Origin: Candidatus Obscuribacterales bacterium
Lineage (GTDB): Bacteria; Cyanobacteriota; Vampirovibrionia; Obscuribacterales; Obscuribacteraceae
NCBI GenBank assembly: GCA_021732085.1
Contig: JAKFVQ010000030.1
Coordinates: forward strand, 69,965 to 93,964
Length of the DNA stretch: 24,000 bases
Direction of reading: 5' to 3'
Numbering within the stretch: position 1 is the stretch's first letter; each line of letters starts with the position of its first letter. The notes under the pieces are model-generated. The model saw nothing but the letters and a program-made list of their open reading frames with translations. It was not told where the DNA came from and did no database searches. Below are positions 18,277 through 24,000 of the stretch, in pieces. Both the position numbers and the translations under genes were made by a program.

Positions 18277-18409
18277 ACTTATCAGGGAGCAGGTGCAAGC
18301 CGGAGCAGGTTTTCCTGGTACTGTGAGTGGTGGCGTGGTGCCAGGGTGTTGACACGCCGTAGGCTGGGAGATCGCCCCCACCGGGAGAGAAATTTTTCGC
18401 AAGATCGGC

Positions 18410-18438
18410 TTGACAGGACTTCGAAGAGTGATTTAAAT
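18410..18438 (+). promoter_or_regulatory. putative sigma70-type promoter of the rsr / Y RNA locus
   Basis: Perfect -35 TTGACA (18410-18415), 17-nt spacer, -10 TTAAAT (18433-18438). This implies a ~390-nt leader before rsr. Confidence 0.45.
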
Positions 18439-18836
18439 TGGTCTTTAGATACGGAGTATTAGTTATGAAGTCGGCGAACGCAAAATTGAATATAAATCAA
18501 TTGCCGACCAGCGGCGTGGGGGCCACGTGCCCACGGACAGGCCGCTCCGATGCTATGCTCTGGTCGCAAATGTATTCAGATCACGGTAGACGCCCCGAAG
18601 AGAAACTTGATTCTCAGCGAAGCTAATTCACCCAGTGCTCTGACAGGTAAATCGATTGTAGCGGCGACGGTGTAGCTTTCCACAGTGGAAGTTCTGCACA
18701 AGTCTTTGCAAAATCGCGAGAAACCGTAAATGTTCCTGACTTTGCAGGTGGTGCTGGCAACATCGCTTATTCGCTTGCAGGTCGGTTTCTCGTCCACTTC
18801 CAATTCAAACAACGTGCCGAAAGGGGACGATGCAAA

Positions 18837-20462
18837 ATGTTCAACACTCTAAGAAATTTCATACTCAACAAGGCAACCCAGAGACAACACTTGCCAGGAA
18901 CCGTGCCGAACTCAGCCGGTGGCTATTCATTTGCGGTCGATTCCTGGAAGCAGTTCGAGAGATTTCTTTTGCTCGGAACAACCGGTGGAACATACTACAT
19001 CGGTGAACGCGACTTGACCAAGGAAAACCTGGACGCAGTGCTTAAGTGCATTGACGAAGATGGTGGACTGGCAGTAAGGCTGATTGAAGATGTTTCAATT
19101 GCCGGTCGCGCTCCAAAGAATGACCCTGCTATTTTTGCTCTGGCACTTGCTTGCTCAACAAGCAACGACCTGACGAGACAGTTGGCTCTGAATGCAGTGC
19201 CGAATGTTTGCAGAACCTTCACTCATCTTTCGCACTTCCTGACTTACATCAAGCAAGGAAAATTGCGCGGTTTTGGACGAGGTCTGACAAGAGCGATAGC
19301 GCGTTGGTTCAACGAAAAGCCAGTGGCAGATCTGGCGTATCAAGCCATTAAGTATCAATCTCGCGATGGCTACAGCCAGCAAGACGTATACAGACTTTCT
19401 CACCCTGCTCGTTTTTTGAAGCTGGATGCGGAAAGTCCTCGAAGACTGATTTATAACTTCATCGCAAAAGGCGAAGTGCCGGAGGAACTCGAAAATTTTG
19501 AAAGCGATGAGTATATTCCTGTTCTGAGACTTGCTGCGGCTCAAGGAGTTCTAAAAGGAAGAACGGAAAATATTCCGCTGGCAATTGACCAATGGGATTT
19601 GCCGATGGAAACTGTTCCGACTGAAAGTCGAACACGTGAAGTGTACAAAGCTGTTTTGCGCAAGGCTGGTTTGACCTGGATTCTGCGCAACTTGGGAAAC
19701 CTGACGGCTCAAGGAGTTCTGGACACAAAAGCTGATCTGGAATTCGTGATCGAGAGGCTGACCTCGCGAACACAGCTGCGAAAAGCGCGCATTCACCCGC
19801 TGGCTATCTTCCAAGCTCTGCGCATTTATGCTGCAGGCCGTGGATTCAAGGGAACCAACACATGGACTCCCAAGCGTAAATTGATCGATGCACTGGATAC
19901 AGCATTCTATGCTTCTTTCAAGGACGTTGAGCCAAGCGGTAAGCGAATCTTGTACGCGGTAGACGTATCTGGATCAATGCGAGGAGCTCGCGCATCAGGG
20001 TTGACTAACATCTCTGTCTTTGAAGCTGCCGCTGTAATGACAATGGCTGCTGCAAGTGTGGAAGATGATTTCACTTTGATCGCTTTCGATACCGGTACAT
20101 TTGAACTCAACCAACTGTCAAACAGACAAAGACTCGATGACATTGTGGCTAGATTTCAAAGTTTCGGTGGAGGTGGAACGGATTGCGCACTTCCGTTCAA
20201 ATACGCCCTGGACAAGAAGCTGGCGGTTGACGCATTTGTCGTCTTCACGGACAGCGAAACCTGGGCGGGGAACCAACATCCAATCGTTGCTCTGGATGAA
20301 TACAGAAAGCGCATGAATTTGCCGAATACAAAGGCTATTAACGTAGCTATGACGGCGAATCGCTTCACAACACTGCCCGCCTCAGATCCGCTCACTCTCG
20401 AGTGCTACGGATTTGACACAAGCATTCCGTCGGTGATCAGTTTGTTCCTGACGGGAGGCTAA
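18837..20462 (+). CDS. rsr: Ro 60-kDa autoantigen orthologue (Rsr): TROVE domain + von Willebrand A domain
   Basis: The N-terminal region NSAGGYSFAVDSWKQFERFLLLGTTGGTYYIGE is typical of TROVE/Ro60. The C-terminus has the vWA MIDAS motif YAVDVSGSM. Y-RNA-like genes follow immediately downstream. Confidence 0.9.
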   Translation: MFNTLRNFILNKATQRQHLPGTVPNSAGGYSFAVDSWKQFERFLLLGTTGGTYYIGERDLTKENLDAVLKCIDEDGGLAVRLIEDVSIAGRAPKNDPAIFALALACSTSNDLTRQLALNAVPNVCRTFTHLSHFLTYIKQGKLRGFGRGLTRAIARWFNEKPVADLAYQAIKYQSRDGYSQQDVYRLSHPARFLKLDAESPRRLIYNFIAKGEVPEELENFESDEYIPVLRLAAAQGVLKGRTENIPLAIDQWDLPMETVPTESRTREVYKAVLRKAGLTWILRNLGNLTAQGVLDTKADLEFVIERLTSRTQLRKARIHPLAIFQALRIYAAGRGFKGTNTWTPKRKLIDALDTAFYASFKDVEPSGKRILYAVDVSGSMRGARASGLTNISVFEAAAVMTMAAASVEDDFTLIAFDTGTFELNQLSNRQRLDDIVARFQSFGGGGTDCALPFKYALDKKLAVDAFVVFTDSETWAGNQHPIVALDEYRKRMNLPNTKAINVAMTANRFTTLPASDPLTLECYGFDTSIPSVISLFLTGG

Positions 20463-20468
20463 AGGAGC

Positions 20469-20520
20469 TAGCTGGTGGATAGACAATTTGCTTAGCAAAT
20501 ACGAGTTCACCAGCTATTTT
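20469..20520 (+). terminator. long hairpin plus T-run after rsr (terminator or processing structure)
   Basis: Outer stem TAGCTGGTG (20469-20477) / CACCAGCTA (20508-20516), inner hairpin ATTTGC-TTA-GCAAAT, then TTTT. Confidence 0.5.
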
Positions 20521-20535
20521 CCACTTTAGGTTTTC

Positions 20536-20613
20536 GGTGCGAGCCGAATCAAGAGGTTTATCGTCTGTCACACGAATCCACCCTCTTTAGCATAAATTGC
20601 TCGCACCATTTTT
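20536..20613 (+). ncRNA. Y-RNA-like module 1 (short, YrlB-like)
   Basis: Perfect 9-bp closing stem GGTGCGAGC (20536-20544) / GCTCGCACC (20599-20607). C20545 is unpaired and followed by GAA. Second helix AAGAGG (20551-20556) / CCTCTT (20582-20587). A GTTTATCG motif is present. The module ends in T5. Confidence 0.7.
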
Positions 20614-20622
20614 ACTGAACAC

Positions 20623-20696
20623 GCCTCTGAAGATTACCGGATATGATCATCGAGCTACGAACTCGAAGGCAGTTGGTTCGATTCCAACCGGGGGCA
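20623..20696 (+). tRNA. tRNA-Arg(ACG)-like gene, non-canonical (A at position 8)
   Basis: Manual cloverleaf: acceptor GCCTCTG/CGGGGGC (two G-U pairs), D-arm GATT-ACCGGATAT-GATC, anticodon arm TCGAG-CTACGAA-CTCGA, variable AGGCA, T-arm GTTGG-TTCGATT-CCAAC, discriminator A. Confidence 0.6.
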
Positions 20697-20746
20697 TTGT
20701 TTAACTTCAGTGGCACCGTGCGCGCCCCGCGTTACCGGATTAGAAT

Positions 20747-20819
20747 ACTCCGTTCTTCTAGTGGTTTAGGAAACCGTTCTTTCAAGACGGGAAGATGAGT
20801 TCAATTCTCATACGGAGTG
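20747..20819 (+). tRNA. tRNA-Glu(TTC)-like gene, non-canonical (A1-U72, AT-rich T stem)
   Basis: Manual cloverleaf: acceptor ACTCCGT/ACGGAGT, TC, D-arm TTCT-AGTGGTTTA-GGAA, anticodon arm CCGTT-CTTTCAA-GACGG, variable GAAG, T-arm ATGAG-TTCAATT-CTCAT, discriminator G. Confidence 0.6.
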
Positions 20820-20854
20820 ATGTTTGTATGCGCAAAATCGCGTTTTAAAAGGAG

Positions 20855-20998
20855 GTGGCTCGGACCGAATTGATAAGGTTATCGATCATAACGAGGGGTC
20901 GGTGGTTCAAGTCCACCCAGCGGCTTGCCGCTGTAGCTCAGTTGGTTAGAGCACCAAAAACGCCTTATCAAAATAAATTGTCCGAGCCATTGCTTTTG
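20855..20998 (+). ncRNA. Y-RNA-like module 2 with tRNA-like domain (YrlA-like)
   Basis: Closing stem GGCTCGGAC (20857-20865) / GTCCGAGCC (20980-20988), with C20866 unpaired and followed by GAA. Second helix TGATAAGG (20871-20878) / CCTTATCA (20963-20970). The interior holds T-arm GGTGG-TTCAAGT-CCACC (20901-20917), capped acceptor-like hairpin CAGCGG-CTTG-CCGCTG (20918-20933) and D-arm GCTC-AGTTGGTTA-GAGC (20936-20952). A T-rich tail follows. Confidence 0.75.
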
Positions 20999-21002
20999 GT
21001 TT

Positions 21003-21097
21003 TGCATGGACCGAATGGAGAAGTTTATCGACACAGTTAGGAAGGTGGGCTTGCGAATCCACCTGGCGCACGTCAAAGCTATTGGCATGCGTTTATG
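21003..21097 (+). ncRNA. Y-RNA-like module 3 (degenerate T-arm-like hairpin)
   Basis: The 5' end GCATGGACCGAATGGAGAAGTTTATCG carries the shared motif. GCATG (21004-21008) pairs with CATGC (21086-21090). An internal hairpin GGTGG-(10-nt loop)-CCACC lies at 21045-21064. The module ends GTTTAT. Pairing is less regular than in modules 1, 2, 5 and 6. Confidence 0.5.
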
Positions 21098-21130
21098 ACT
21101 TCTTCGAATAGATCGTCTATGCAGCTTATC

Positions 21131-21210
21131 CTGTGCGAGCCGAACGAAAGAAGGTTATCGTTTTTCCACGAACTAATCACACTATCTAAATCGTTCGCGT
21201 TCACGTTTTA
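21131..21210 (+). ncRNA. Y-RNA-like module 4 (short)
   Basis: The 5' end TGTGCGAGCCGAACGAAAGAAGGTTATCG carries the shared motif. CGAACGA (21141-21147) pairs with TCGTTCG (21191-21197). Imperfect lower pairing GTG/CAC. The module ends GTTTTAT. Confidence 0.5.
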
Positions 21211-21223
21211 TCCTTGGAAGTAA

Positions 21224-21318
21224 GATCTGGTGCGAGCCGGAGTGAGAGGCTTATCGTCTTTGTAAACGACTCAACACCCTCTCAGCGCGAAATAGTTCGC
21301 ACCAGATTCTCAATTTTT
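21224..21318 (+). ncRNA. Y-RNA-like module 5 (short, YrlB-like)
   Basis: 13-bp closing stem ATCTGGTGCGAGC (21225-21237) / GTTCGCACCAGAT (21295-21307), with C21238 unpaired. Second helix TGAGAGG (21243-21249) / CCTCTCA (21278-21284). A CTTATCG motif is present. The tail reads TTCTCAATTTTT. Confidence 0.7.
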
Positions 21319-21334
21319 GGAAGCTAGATAGAAA

Positions 21335-21476
21335 TGCGCGGACCGAAGCGAGAAGATTATCTTGAAGCCGAGCACGGGGATGGTTCAATTCCACCTGGCG
21401 GCACGCCGACAGAGCTCAAGGGGCGAGCAGCTCGGAGGTCTCTTCGCAATAAGTTGTCTGTGCAACTATATTTTGA
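21335..21476 (+). ncRNA. Y-RNA-like module 6 with tRNA-like domain (YrlA-like)
   Basis: Closing stem TGCGCGGAC (21335-21343) / GTCTGTGCA (21456-21464, two G-U pairs), with C21344 unpaired and followed by GAA. Second helix GCGAGAAGA / TCTCTTCGC (one mismatch). The interior holds T-arm-like GATGG-TTCAATT-CCACC (21379-21395), capped hairpin TGGCGG-CACG-CCGACA and D-arm-like GAGCT...AGCTC (21412-21433). The tail reads TATTTT. Confidence 0.7.
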
Positions 21477-21489
21477 ATTGTGTAAACGC

Positions 21490-21587
21490 GACACGCGAGC
21501 CGAACAGATGAAGTTTATCGATAGTTCCAAACTAACGAAACCACCAAGCCAGACTTCGTCGCACATGAATCGCTCGCGTCTTTTATT
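21490..21587 (+). ncRNA. Y-RNA-like module 7 (short)
   Basis: CGCGAGC (21494-21500) pairs with GCTCGCG (21572-21578), followed by an unpaired C and GAA. Second helix ATGAAG (21508-21513) / CTTCGT (21554-21559). A GTTTATCG motif is present. The module ends TCTTTTATT. Confidence 0.6.
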
Positions 21588-21654
21588 GTTTGAACTGAAG
21601 AAGTGGGACTATGTGGACTTGTTATCCCACGCTTATTTGCCTGTTCTAAAGCGC

Positions 21655-21966
21655 TTAAGCGACTGAGCTTTCTGCCGCAGAGCCGTCGTTCATGCGAGTT
21701 TTGAGATCTTCTGTGAAAGAATTGCAAAGGTTGCTTGCTTTTTCTTTCAATTCAAGGCTCTTCTCTTTGACTTGTCCAGCCAATTCTTTGGTTTTGTCTG
21801 CAATATCATGTCGCAGCTCTTCGCCTGGTTTTGGTGCAAACAGATTGCCGAGGACAAATCCTGCTGTCATGCCGGCAACCGTACCAACTACAGCACCAGC
21901 AGTCGCTCCTACGAAGAAGACAACTTGCATTGTTTTTAGTGTTGGATTGAGCAAGCTATTGAACAT
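21655..21966 (-). CDS. YtxH-domain (general stress-type) small membrane-anchored protein
   Basis: GATAGAVVGTVAGMTAGFVLGNLFAPKPGEELRHDI matches the YtxH pattern and is followed by a charged helical tail. I place the start at ATG comp(21964..21966), preceded by GGGAG, rather than at the track's TTG at 21981. Confidence 0.75.
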   Translation of the reverse strand: MFNSLLNPTLKTMQVVFFVGATAGAVVGTVAGMTAGFVLGNLFAPKPGEELRHDIADKTKELAGQVKEKSLELKEKASNLCNSFTEDLKTRMNDGSAAESSVA

Positions 21967-22179
21967 AATCTTTTCTCCCAAATGCGTTCTGACGTTTGGT
22001 TCTAGACAGAGGGTCGTCTAAATAGTTCCGGGCGTCTGAATTGTTTGGTCTGAGCTTAAGAGAAAATAGTTTGCTTTGATATAGTGGTGGATTGGTGAAG
22101 ATTCTCAAAACTTCCATCACCAGTAGATGTTTTGTCCTCCCTGCGCAAACGGGATACTAAACGAAGTAGTAGCAATACC

Positions 22180-22214
22180 CCAAAAAGCAAAGACTTCGCA
22201 AGCAATTTGCGGAG
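22180..22214 (-). terminator. rho-independent terminator after the 87-aa gene
   Basis: An 8-bp stem spans 22194-22201 / 22207-22214. On the minus strand it is followed by TCTTTGCTTTTTGG. Confidence 0.5.
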
Positions 22215-22234
22215 CCTTCGCTTCTTTGAAAAGG

Positions 22235-22498
22235 TTACCAGGTCTTCATCTCGGATGCATCCCAGAGGGAGGCTTCGACGTTGTTGCCGTCGGCGTCCTT
22301 GAGTGCGAGGAAGTAGACCCAGGTGATGCTATCCACTGCGGCTTGCTGATACTCAGTGTATTTCTTGCCGTCGGGCATGGTGTACCGTTTGAGGCTGTAC
22401 CAGACGGCGGAAATGGATCCGATATTCTCGACGCTTACGGCGTTAGCCACAAGCGCGGAAGCGGAAGGATTCAGGCCAGCCAGGCGGGACCTTTTCAT
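22235..22498 (-). CDS. hypothetical protein (87 aa)
   Basis: GGAGA lies 6 nt upstream of the ATG. The amino-acid composition is balanced. GC-rich third codon positions match the neighbouring gene. A terminator lies downstream. Confidence 0.6.
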   Translation of the reverse strand: MKRSRLAGLNPSASALVANAVSVENIGSISAVWYSLKRYTMPDGKKYTEYQQAAVDSITWVYFLALKDADGNNVEASLWDASEMKTW

Positions 22499-22532
22499 AA
22501 CTGTCTCCGTGAAGAGTGGTGGATGATAAATG

Positions 22533-22565
22533 CTCTAAAAGAGGCGAGCGCATTGCTGCGCTCGC
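22533..22565 (-). terminator. strong hairpin / terminator between two minus-strand genes
   Basis: Perfect 9-bp stem GCGAGCGCA (22544-22552) / TGCGCTCGC (22557-22565) with a 4-nt loop. On the minus strand it is followed by CTCTTTTAG. Confidence 0.55.
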
Positions 22566-22579
22566 AGGAAATGTCGTGC

Positions 22580-22990
22580 CTATTGGCTGCGATTCTCCAG
22601 CCAGCGCGGAATAACGCGCGTGCCGAAGTAGAACCCAAGTGCGCTGGCGAAGCCCAAAAGAGCCACGCCGAGCAGGGCACCGGGGTCGAAATAGTTGGGT
22701 GCGGGGGTGGTTCCCTTACCCAAATCGGCCAGCACCATAACCAGATAGATTATGTTGGACGAGCCAACTCCGGCGGCGAGAAGCCCCTGGAGAGACAGGT
22801 CCAATTTCTTGTCGATGAAGACGAGAAGTGCGGCGACGAATGCTGCAAATGCGGTGCCGAAAGTGGTCAGGATGAGTGCCACGAGCGGCCACATGAAGTG
22901 CGGATCCATCCAGTTGAGGATGACGCTGGCGGTGAAGCCAAGCAATCCGCCGCATGTTGCGCCTAGCAAAACGCCAATCGGTTTAATCAT
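22580..22990 (-). CDS. small Gly/Ala-rich integral membrane protein (136 aa, ~4 TM)
   Basis: I place the start at ATG comp(22988..22990), preceded by GGAAAGGAAA. The track's longer 185-aa form adds an N-terminus with no RBS. Hydrophobic segments run throughout. Confidence 0.65.
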   Translation of the reverse strand: MIKPIGVLLGATCGGLLGFTASVILNWMDPHFMWPLVALILTTFGTAFAAFVAALLVFIDKKLDLSLQGLLAAGVGSSNIIYLVMVLADLGKGTTPAPNYFDPGALLGVALLGFASALGFYFGTRVIPRWLENRSQ

Positions 22991-23658
22991 GGTGTTTCCT
23001 TTCCATGAGTTGAACTTGTTTTTCCGGTGTCCACTTTTAACGTTCGAAATCGGCTCATCCGTTAGATGGCTTTGGAAACAATTTTTTTGATGTGGATGAG
23101 AGTAGGGTTGCAGTGATGCCGGATCTCGAAAAGCCAAATTAAAGGGACAGTTCAGTTCTATTGATGGAGCAGCAACAATGTCAATGAATTACAGCTGCGG
23201 AGGCCTCTGCGGTGCCAAAATCAGTTCACTCCGCTTTGCACCGATTTAATATTTCACGTCGAAAGGTCGCTTATGATGCGGCTCTCAATATGTGCGGCCC
23301 AATCAGTGCTAATTGGGCATAGTATCGCAAATGGTGCGAGGACTTAAAGAATTGGGCCAGGTTGAAATTGAATCTCAGCTCTTGGCCTTGGCGTCGTAGA
23401 ACTTGTAACCTTGTTTTGGCCCAGATAGTGGTGACTGGCCCAAAAAAACTTTCTTTGTGTACAAAACCCTAGTCTGTCCTTTGAATTCAATCTACCTATT
23501 TCATAGTCTGTTATTGCTTCCGTTCTCACTAAGAAATCAACCACTTTTCGCCCAAAACACACAAATAACATTCAAATTCAAAACTGTGTGTTGAACTTAG
23601 GTTCGAGCGAGAGGTACGGTTGTGGAACAGGAAGTGTTCAAAACTTCGGAGCTATCAC

Positions 23659-24000
23659 ATGAACTTCTTCAAGACCGTCGCTGGACTCGTCACCGGCGCG
23701 GGCGCCGCAGTCGTTGCTGGAGTCACCGTGTCCCTTCTGGGCATGACGGCATTTGACTTCCACTCTGCGCTCGTGCTCGGTGCCGTCCTCGGTACCTCGC
23801 TCGTCCTGCTCAACATCGTTGAGCCGCAGAAGAAGGCAGTCAGCACTTTCCTCGGCGGCGGTATGGCTGCTTGCGCCTACATCGCCCTCACCTCGGCCGC
23901 TGCGATGACCCTGCTGGGCGCTTTCGGCGCTGTCATCATGGGTGCGTTCGTCGGCTGGCTGGTCGTGTCGGCTGATGCCTTTAACGGCAATCAGTCCTAA
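23659..24000 (+). CDS. small Gly/Ala-rich integral membrane protein (113 aa)
   Basis: ATG 23659 has GGAG upstream. The protein starts MNFFKTVAGLVTGAGAAVVAGV and has 3-4 hydrophobic segments. Codon usage is strongly GC3-rich. Stop at 23998-24000. Confidence 0.6.
   Translation: MNFFKTVAGLVTGAGAAVVAGVTVSLLGMTAFDFHSALVLGAVLGTSLVLLNIVEPQKKAVSTFLGGGMAACAYIALTSAAAMTLLGAFGAVIMGAFVGWLVVSADAFNGNQS

Noticed and set aside
18755-18785. Sigma54-type promoter upstream of rsr (TGGCA ... TTGCA), as in RtcR-controlled operons
   Set aside because: The GG and GC elements are ~20 nt apart instead of the required 10-nt spacing of TGGCAC-N5-TTGC. No enhancer-binding protein gene is seen in the window.
20536-21587. 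The regularly recurring GAGCCGAA...TTATCG motif as a CRISPR array
   Set aside because: The repeats are not identical, and unit lengths vary from ~80 to ~145 nt. Each unit is a self-complementary hairpin with its own T-run. No cas genes are present in the window.
20855-21666. Track ORFs 20855-21040 (+), 20879-21088 (-), 21334-21666 (+, 110 aa), 21357-21566 (-) and 21515-21727 (-) as protein-coding genes
   Set aside because: They run straight through the repeated Y-RNA-like hairpins and tRNA-like arms and have no RBS. Their reading frames cross module boundaries and T-run terminators. Structured RNA explains the sequence better.
22127-22966. 279-aa plus-strand ORF
   Set aside because: It is antisense to two minus-strand genes that have good RBSs and terminators. 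Long antisense ORFs are expected in GC-rich sequence. It has no RBS, and its composition is odd and Cys/Ala/Gly-rich.
23344-23571. 75-aa minus-strand ORF in the 23.1-23.6 kb spacer
   Set aside because: No RBS. It lies in an AT-rich intergenic stretch between GC-rich genes, and the sequence is implausible. More likely a promoter or regulatory spacer.
12083-24000. Genomic island integrated at the 3' end of tRNA-Asp
   Set aside because: Accessory-looking genes do follow the tRNA. However, I see no integrase, no direct repeat of the tRNA 3' end, and no uniform compositional shift across 12-22 kb.

Overview
The first half of the window is a chromosomal replication-origin neighbourhood. The second half is accessory and RNA-rich. 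On the minus strand lies the conserved operon rpmH-rnpA-yidD-yidC-jag (8485 down to 5316). It diverges from dnaA-dnaN on the plus strand (8830-11945). The dnaA-dnaN spacer looks like oriC, with DnaA-box-like 9-mers, an AT-rich tract and 14 GATC sites. A canonical tRNA-Asp(GTC) follows dnaN. At the left edge is a long minus-strand ORF that runs off the window and is absent from the supplied track. It encodes a UvrD/Rep-type helicase fused to a DUF559/Vsr-like nuclease domain. A family 2 glycosyltransferase and small membrane and secreted proteins follow it. After tRNA-Asp come secreted and cell-wall-type proteins. One is a 566-aa low-complexity secreted protein. Another is a 785-aa protein with two glutamine-amidotransferase-like domains plus NlpC/P60. 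A third is a LysM protein. The most interesting locus is 18.4-21.6 kb. A Ro60/Rsr orthologue (TROVE + vWA) is followed on the same strand by a tandem array of seven Y-RNA-like hairpin modules. Each module carries the GAGC/GGAC-C-GAA ... TTATC signature. Two of them carry permuted tRNA-like domains (YrlA type). Two non-canonical tRNA genes (Arg-ACG and Glu-UUC types) are embedded in the array. The track ORFs over this stretch are almost certainly spurious. The right end (22.2-24 kb) holds small Gly/Ala-rich membrane proteins with visibly GC3-rich codon usage, suggesting foreign origin. I cannot assign the organism from sequence alone. All RNA ends are approximate (+/- 5 nt), and nothing here was checked against a database.
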